A stretch of 64,000 nucleotides of DNA from Eledone cirrhosa (taxonomy: Eukaryota). The translations under genes and the position numbers were made by a program. The DNA lies in assembly GCA_964016885.1 (NCBI GenBank), contig OZ024747.1:38316001-38380000 (forward strand). Reading direction: 5' to 3'. Below, piece after piece: positions 55,886 to 64,000 of this stretch. The notes beneath the pieces are model-generated. The model was not told where the DNA came from. It worked only from the letters and a program-made list of their open reading frames with translations, and made no database searches. The first letter of the stretch is position 1; each line of letters starts with the position of its first letter.

Positions 55886-55986
<101 letters not shown>

Positions 55987-56023
55987 AATATATATATATA
56001 TATATGTATATACACACACATAT

Positions 56024-56102
<79 letters not shown>

Positions 56103-56104
56103 TA

Positions 56105-56166
<62 letters not shown>

Positions 56167-56169
<3 letters not shown>

Positions 56170-56408
56170 TGGCTGCCATTTCGTTTTCGAGTACGGCCAC
56201 TACTTTATATCCATGTAGGAGAACCCCTACCGATGCGCTGAACGAGTGTGACTTTTTAGTCCAGCCAGCGACTTGAAAACTCTGGTACAAACACTACACT
56301 TGCGACAATTACTGGCACATAGTGCTGGGCCCATGGTACCATGTGACGACAAGTGCAGACAGATCTCCAGATATAAAGCAATGCCTGTGTCGTGAAGCTT
56401 TTATAGTG
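56167..56408 (-). mobile_element. RTE-type LINE 3' end, copy 2
   Basis: Homologous to 27134-27375. Confidence 0.75.
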
Positions 56409-57215
56409 GAAACGTTCCTTGGCAAATAACGGGGAAAAACGAATATAATACGTAATTAATAGGAGCGGAGAAAAACAATTACGCGCAAAGACAGAACCAC
56501 GTTCATGGTATAAAAGAAGTGGTAGCATAATGTTCTCTTAGGTGGTTCATAGAGACGTTCTCTGGCAATGAACGGAAAAAAACGAAGATAATATCTCATA
56601 TGTGGAGCGTGGAGAACAATTGCACGCAAAGATAAAACCACGTAAATGGTATAGCTGAAGTCGTAGACTAAAATTGTAACTAGGAAATCGAATGATTCTC
56701 CGCTTCAGAGTTAGAAATAAAGTAAATAAAATACAATACAGAAGTAATGGAAATTAAATAAATACATACACGCATCCAAATACGTACATATACAAGCATA
56801 CGCGAAAACACTCGCCATAGGTATACAAAACCACGCACATATAAGTTTGTGTGTTTGTGTGTGTGCGTGTATACAAATATATAAGTAATTAAATAAACGT
56901 ATATAAATAAATAAATACGTATATAACAAGCGCACACACATACCTACATGTAAATACACAAATATTCGGAGACTACGTCAACCAAAACATGAAGTACCCA
57001 TATACACACACCCAACATACGTACGAACACGCACACTCACACAGACGTAAAACTCCCGTATACACATAATCAAAAGCATATGTACCAGAATATATAAAAA
57101 TATAAGCCATAACATATACAATCAAATATACGCACGAGAAAGTATACGTCCTTCACAAAACATACAGGTAATATATACTTACCTATGCAAATAAGTAATG
57201 GTATAAACATAACAT
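56409..57215 (-). mobile_element. Family A pLTR fragment (diverged copy A4)
   Basis: Colinear with ~1538-2335. Confidence 0.85.
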
Positions 57216-57284
57216 GTATTTATGTGTATATGTACGTATCTGTGTGTGTGTGTGTATGTATATATGTGTGTGTATGTATATCTA

Positions 57285-57316
<32 letters not shown>

Positions 57317-57536
57317 GGTAAACGGAATAGAAAATGCTGACAAATTGTTCACAGTTGAAAAATGGTTTAATTAGGAATAAAAGAGTATTAGTGATTGTAT
57401 GGGTTAGTATTCAGTTGTGGTTTTAAGTTTTTAAGTTTTTACCGGTGGCGCATTTCTAAATGCTTTTCAAAAATAATTTTGAGATAGAGTGTCCGTGCTG
57501 TTTGCTCTGATCTGGTTAGTTTTGGGAATTCTACCT

Positions 57537-57770
57537 GTTTTTATGTTAAAAAAATGGCTCCAGCGTTATTTTTGTGTTGCAAAAATGCTTGTGGTCAAAA
57601 CAATTTTGATTGGTCGGTAGAGGTCATGTGAATGTAAAAAGTTGATTTTGCGCCAAGACTGTTTTTATGTTAAAATGTTAGAAAAGTGGCTCCAGCAAAA
57701 ATTATTGGTCAAAACAATTTTGATTGGTCGGTAGAGGTCGTGTGGATAAAAAATTGGTTTTGCGCCAAGA
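57537..57770. repeat. Two-copy ~120-bp tandem duplication
   Basis: tgtttttatgttaaaa...tggctccagc...tggtcaaaacaattttgattggtcggtagaggtc...ttttgcgccaaga occurs twice. Confidence 0.85.
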
Positions 57771-57807
57771 TTGAGAAATGACTCTTTCACAACAAATATG
57801 TGTGTGT

Positions 57808-57883
<76 letters not shown>

Positions 57884-57952
57884 TAGTAGTAGTAAGGTGT
57901 TCGACGCTGCGATAATAGCCAGCAGCGATGTGTGTCAAATGGCTATTAAGAT

Positions 57953-58005
<53 letters not shown>

Positions 58006-58482
58006 CATACAGCAGAGTCATTCGAAGGTCAAAAGATATTTTTCAGCTTTTGTCTTATACGGAGAAGTGCGTGTGTGTGTGTGTGTGTGTATAAGTCTCT
58101 TTGTATGTTGATGTACGCGTGTGTATGTGTTTGTGTATATATATGTGTGTGTGTGGGTGGGGGGGGGGCAGTATTTTTTCCCCCTGGTAAAATGGTGTAC
58201 ATTATTCGATTTTTTCAGTAAAATCGGTTCTCTTAATAGAACATCAAAAATCTTAACAATAAAAGGTGTGAAATGATATTCACTATATATATATACACAC
58301 ACACATATTCACTACATATATATATATATATATACATATATACATACATATATATGCACATATATTTTTTTGTATTGCACCATAGAGCATGTGTGTTTAC
58401 GTGTGTCATTGTGTTTATATGTGGGTAGAGATGTGTGCTGATGTAGGTATGTATGTTGACGTGTGTATGTTGTGGGTTCGTC

Positions 58483-60600
58483 TTAGGGAGAAGTGTTTAG
58501 ACGGGGTCCGTATTTGTTAATGAAGTAAGATTCCTTGCTGATGCGCTGGGTGTGGGTGGCATTATCTTTAAATTTGTAGAGGGGAAAGATTTTGAAGTTG
58601 GGATGATTTTGGGCGGCACAGGTATCAATGTGTTCACTCAGTGGTATTTTCCTGTATTCCCGTATTTTAATTTGGGATCTATGGACAGTCATGCGTTGGC
58701 GGAGGCTGTTTTTGGTCTGGCCTATGTATTGTTCTCGACAACCTGAACAAGTTAATACATATATTAGATTTTCCGATGCACATGTGAAATTGTGTTTTAC
58801 TATAAAACGTTGTCCATCTTTGAAATAGAATTCCGAACCCTCTGTTAGGTTGATGCAAATGCCACAGTTGGGTCTATCGCATTTTTTTACTGTGGGTTTC
58901 GTTGTTGTGGTTGGCAGTACTTTGGCATGTGGTAAGATGTTTTTCATTGACTTGGATTGTCTTTTGCTCTTTATGATATCGTGTGTTCGTAGAATTTGGT
59001 TCATTCTATGGTCCTTTTTCAATACAGGGATGTTCTGGAGGATGGTGTCAAAGGCCTCATTGTTGAGGGGGTTGTGTGTGGAGATGTATGGAAGAGCTTT
59101 TAGTTTTGGTTGATTTACTTTAGGGTGTCTAAGGTCCTGGGTACTGAGTTTTAGGGCACGTTGGATTCCATTGTCAATTAGTGATGCAGGGTAGTCCCTG
59201 CCTATGAGTGTGTCCTTTAGTTCTTGTAGCCGTAAGTCGCAGATGTTTTTATTGGAGACTATAGTACAGATTCTCTTGGCTAAGTTGTAGGGAATATTAA
59301 TTTTAACGTGTCTAGGGTGGCAAGAGTTGAAGGGGAGGTATTGCTTGGAGTCTGCGGGCTTGTAGTATATGTCTGTTTCTATTTTTTTGTTATGGATCTT
59401 AATAAAGATGTCGAGGAAGGGGAGTTGTTGATGGCTGTATTCCATCGTGAAGTTAATATTTGTGTTGAGCCCATTTATAAGGGTGTGAAATTCTTTAAGT
59501 TTTTCGATGTTTTCGTGCCAAAGGATGAAGCAGTCATCTAGATATCGCTTCCAGTTCCTTTCAATGTGTAAGTGGAGGGTGTTTCCAAATTTGTTTAGGA
59601 CTTTAGTGTAGAGGGTGATTTCCAGGTATCCCATGACTAGGTTGGCATAAGTAGGGGCTGTTTTCGTTCCCATAGCGGTCCCAGATTTCTGCCTGTAGGG
59701 TTTGTTATTGAAAACGAAGTAATTGTTCTCCAAGATAAATTTGAGTCCCTCTATCACGAATTCTTTTTTGATGCGTTGTGGGAGTTCATTGTGGAAATTA
59801 TCCAGCCAGAATTGGATAGCTTCTATTCCTAGGTTGTGGGGGATGGTGGAGTATAGGTTGACTACATCGAACGTCACTAGTAGGGTTTGTTCAGAAAGTG
59901 GCATATTAGGGAGGTGATTGAGCATATCTAGGTCGTCCCTTATATAGCTTTTGATGTGCTTGAGGAAGGGTTTGAGAATGGTATCAATGAAGTTGCTAAG
60001 ACGGTGCGTTTCGCAAGCGGGGCCTGCTATTATAGGTCTTAATTTGAGATCATTGGGTGAGAGGACATTGATGACTATGTCTGTGGCTTCCTTGCATGCC
60101 TTACTGATTGATTCGCTTTTATGTACTTTAGGGATACCGTAGAAAAGGCTGGATTTACTTGTGAAGTCTGTGATGAAGCTGAATTCCTTGTTAGTGAGTC
60201 CTTCTTTGTATTGGTTGATTAGAGTTTTTAGGTTACTCATAATTTTCTGTTGATTGTAGTGTTCAGCCTTTTCGTAGTATGTTTCGTTTTCCAAAGTCGA
60301 GAGCGCTAAGTTGATATAGAATTCTGTCTCCATTAGGACTACTGTACTCCCTTTATCAGCCTCTTTAATTGTAATGGTTCTGTCGGTTTTTAATCTATTT
60401 AATTCTTCCCATTCTCTCTTGTTGAGGTTTGGCTTGTGTTTTTGTCTGTGCAATTGTTGGTAAGGGAAGTTTGTGATGTGTTCACAGAATTCGTCCAGGA
60501 TTTTATTTCTACCTTTTGAAGGGGTGTAATTGCTTCTATTTCTGGCTAATGATTCATCCTCATTGTACTGGTCGAATAGTTCTTCACTGAGTCGTAACTT
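58483..60600 (-). CDS. Neptune-like PLE RT-GIY-YIG polyprotein, uninterrupted but 5'-truncated
   Basis: ADKG, FYGIPKVHK, LRPII, FDVVNLY, QKSGTAMGTKTAPTYANL, RYLDD, FLD, CDRPNCGIC, LIY..C..C..YIGQT. The frame stays open upstream of the listed start to ~60600. Confidence 0.95.
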   Translation of the reverse strand, partial: KLRLSEELFDQYNEDESLARNRSNYTPSKGRNKILDEFCEHITNFPYQQLHRQKHKPNLNKREWEELNRLKTDRTITIKEADKGSTVVLMETEFYINLALSTLENETYYEKAEHYNQQKIMSNLKTLINQYKEGLTNKEFSFITDFTSKSSLFYGIPKVHKSESISKACKEATDIVINVLSPNDLKLRPIIAGPACETHRLSNFIDTILKPFLKHIKSYIRDDLDMLNHLPNMPLSEQTLLVTFDVVNLYSTIPHNLGIEAIQFWLDNFHNELPQRIKKEFVIEGLKFILENNYFVFNNKPYRQKSGTAMGTKTAPTYANLVMGYLEITLYTKVLNKFGNTLHLHIERNWKRYLDDCFILWHENIEKLKEFHTLINGLNTNINFTMEYSHQQLPFLDIFIKIHNKKIETDIYYKPADSKQYLPFNSCHPRHVKINIPYNLAKRICTIVSNKNICDLRLQELKDTLIGRDYPASLIDNGIQRALKLSTQDLRHPKVNQPKLKALPYISTHNPLNNEAFDTILQNIPVLKKDHRMNQILRTHDIIKSKRQSKSMKNILPHAKVLPTTTTKPTVKKCDRPNCGICINLTEGSEFYFKDGQRFIVKHNFTCASENLIYVLTCSGCREQYIGQTKNSLRQRMTVHRSQIKIREYRKIPLSEHIDTCAAQNHPNFKIFPLYKFKDNATHTQRISKESYFINKYGPRLNTSP

Positions 60601-60624
60601 TATATCGTATATATATATATATAT

Positions 60625-62040
<1,416 letters not shown>

Positions 62041-63539
62041 AATATATAGATACACAGATATACATACACATATACACATATATATGTATACATATATATA
62101 TACATATACAGAGAGAGAGATTTTGAGTATATGTTGGTTGTATACCAACACCTCAGTATGCAGGCTGGAGCACACGACGAAGTGCGCAGGTTGGTTTGGT
62201 TACTCCAGCGTAATGTAAAATAAAGTTAAATAAAAAGTCAAATGTTTAAAATTTAGTTTCGTTTATTACTGCTATATATATTTCAGTGACATCCATCTTT
62301 GGCTGTGACCTCTTCAGGCAGTTTGAATTAGTGTGGTATAGACAAGTACATATGTTGTTGAGGTCTATAATTTTGTCAATACTCTGATATGCCCAGTTCC
62401 TGGTTGGGTTGTTATTCCACTGAGGAACTGGAATCATATGAATTCAAACATACGAATTTCAGTGTCAAAAGGCCTTTTCTCCTCTCATTGGTCAGTTATT
62501 AGAACATTCCTCATTCTAAGTCTTGTTATTGTTGGAGTTAGCTTAAAAAATTGATCAAGTGGTAGAAGGGACAAGGTGTTAAAGGAACAAAATAACAAGA
62601 AAAGTGTCAAACTTCCCATTGGTCAGTTCTGAGAGCATTCCTCAGTCAGAAGTCTATACAATTCTTTCTGGGGTGAGGGTCCCTGTAGTGTTTTGTGTTT
62701 GCTATTGTTAAGTACATTTGACCACTACCATTATTTTGGTAGTGTTGTTGGTGTTGTGGTCAGCTTATGTCTTGCTGCTGCTGACAATTTAGAAGTATCC
62801 AGTGTCTGTTTTTTCTTCATCCCTCCTGCCACTATCTCTCATAGTGGTGGTGGTGGTGGTGGGGGTGGGGGTTCTTCCATGTATATGAAGAAATATAAGG
62901 CAATAAATGAAGAAAACAGAAAATAAATAATATAATAAAATAATTAATATAATTTGTATAATTTGAAAATAAATAAATAGAGAATAAAGAATAAAGAATA
63001 AATGAAAAATTGGTGAAAAAGTAATGAAAATGAATATGGAAAGTGAAAAATAATGTAGGATAAAGTGTGTGTGTGCTATAACCAATCTCAAGGTCAGAAA
63101 TATGTTGGATAGATTGTTATGAGGTACAAGATGTTAAAATAAGACAATCAAACAAAATGTGTTTGTGTTATAATCAATCTCAACTTAAAAATAAATATAA
63201 GGTGATACATTGAAGAGGGCAGAAAACTAATAACACATTAATAAAGAGAAATCAAGATTTAAAATTGGAACTTGAAAATCAGAAATCAAGTAAATTAAAA
63301 AGTGTTTGTGTTATATAGATGTTGGCCAAATTATAATGGCTGTGTCCGATTCAATCTCTAGGCTATCATGGTGTCTGCTCAGCCTGGGTTGTTCCCTGTA
63401 GCTTGAGGGGAGTTCGCAACGTAGGGTGTTGTTACTGCCCATATAGCTTGAGGGAGGTATGGCCGAGAGTTGTTTACATGTTCTGTAGAAGTCCCTATAG
63501 CTTGAGGGGAGTTCACACACATCTTCTTGTCACACACAT

Positions 63540-63885
63540 CTACTGTCCATATATCTTGAGGAAGGTCCCGGCTCTAAGGTGTCTGCATGTCCCGAAGAAG
63601 TCGGTTCTGAGGTGTATCAGGCCGCTTCCACCTCTTAGTATCTCGAGGGTCTCGTTCAGCCATAGTTTGCATATGCAAGATCCCCCTTTATCGGGTGGTA
63701 CGTTCCTGATTATGTACCAGGCCAGAGAGTGCGGGGTCCTGTCCAGCTTAAGCTTCCAGATCAGGTGGGAGAGAGCCGTGCTTTTCCTTTTGGCCTCCTT
63801 ATTGAATGAATGGCGATGGTTGTACCAGCGGTCTTTAAAGGTCGTTGATGTGGCTCCTATGTAGAGGTGTTCGGAGTTTGGGGTT
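63540..63885 (-). pseudogene. PLE GIY-YIG C-terminal fragment
   Basis: LYIGATSTTFKDRWYNHRHSF, STALSHLIWKLK, CKLW, CRH. Confidence 0.85.
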
Positions 63886-64000
63886 TTAACCCTACAACCC
63901 AGAGCCCACCCAAGAAACCCAAACAGACCCGGGTACCCCCTACCGAGCCTGGGGGAACACCAGCATGTAACACATAACGGGCACCCTAATCTAGGCATGC

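Noticed and set aside
63399-63565. CRISPR-like repeat-spacer array
   Set aside because: The repeats are short and degenerate, the context is eukaryotic TE DNA, and there are no cas genes.

Overview
AT-rich eukaryotic repeat DNA with no recognisable host gene. The SINE types and the very dense (TA)n/(CA)n microsatellites suggest an octopus or other coleoid cephalopod (inference from recalled repeat sequences). The window is dominated by Penelope-like retroelements (PLEs) of about ten families, from RT/GIY-YIG bodies down to ~170-400 bp non-coding fold-back elements. Most share one layout: (TA)n, inverted arm, optional truncated ORF, sense arm, unique tail, (TA)n. Five families carry a complete minimal type I hammerhead ribozyme (HHR) fold near the 3' end, plus weaker core-only matches elsewhere. 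Several cores are non-canonical: a U3:A8 compensatory swap, a family-wide U4A change, and U.U closing stem II. The region ~32.8-55.7 kb looks like one PLE fold-back expanded by ~20 kb of nested insertions, including a near full-length Tx1/L1-clade LINE. Also present are CR1 and RTE LINE 3' ends, a mariner remnant and MITE, tRNA-derived SINEs and a tRNA-Asp pseudogene. Most short ORFs in the track are microsatellite artefacts. Coordinates were read by eye and boundaries are approximate.
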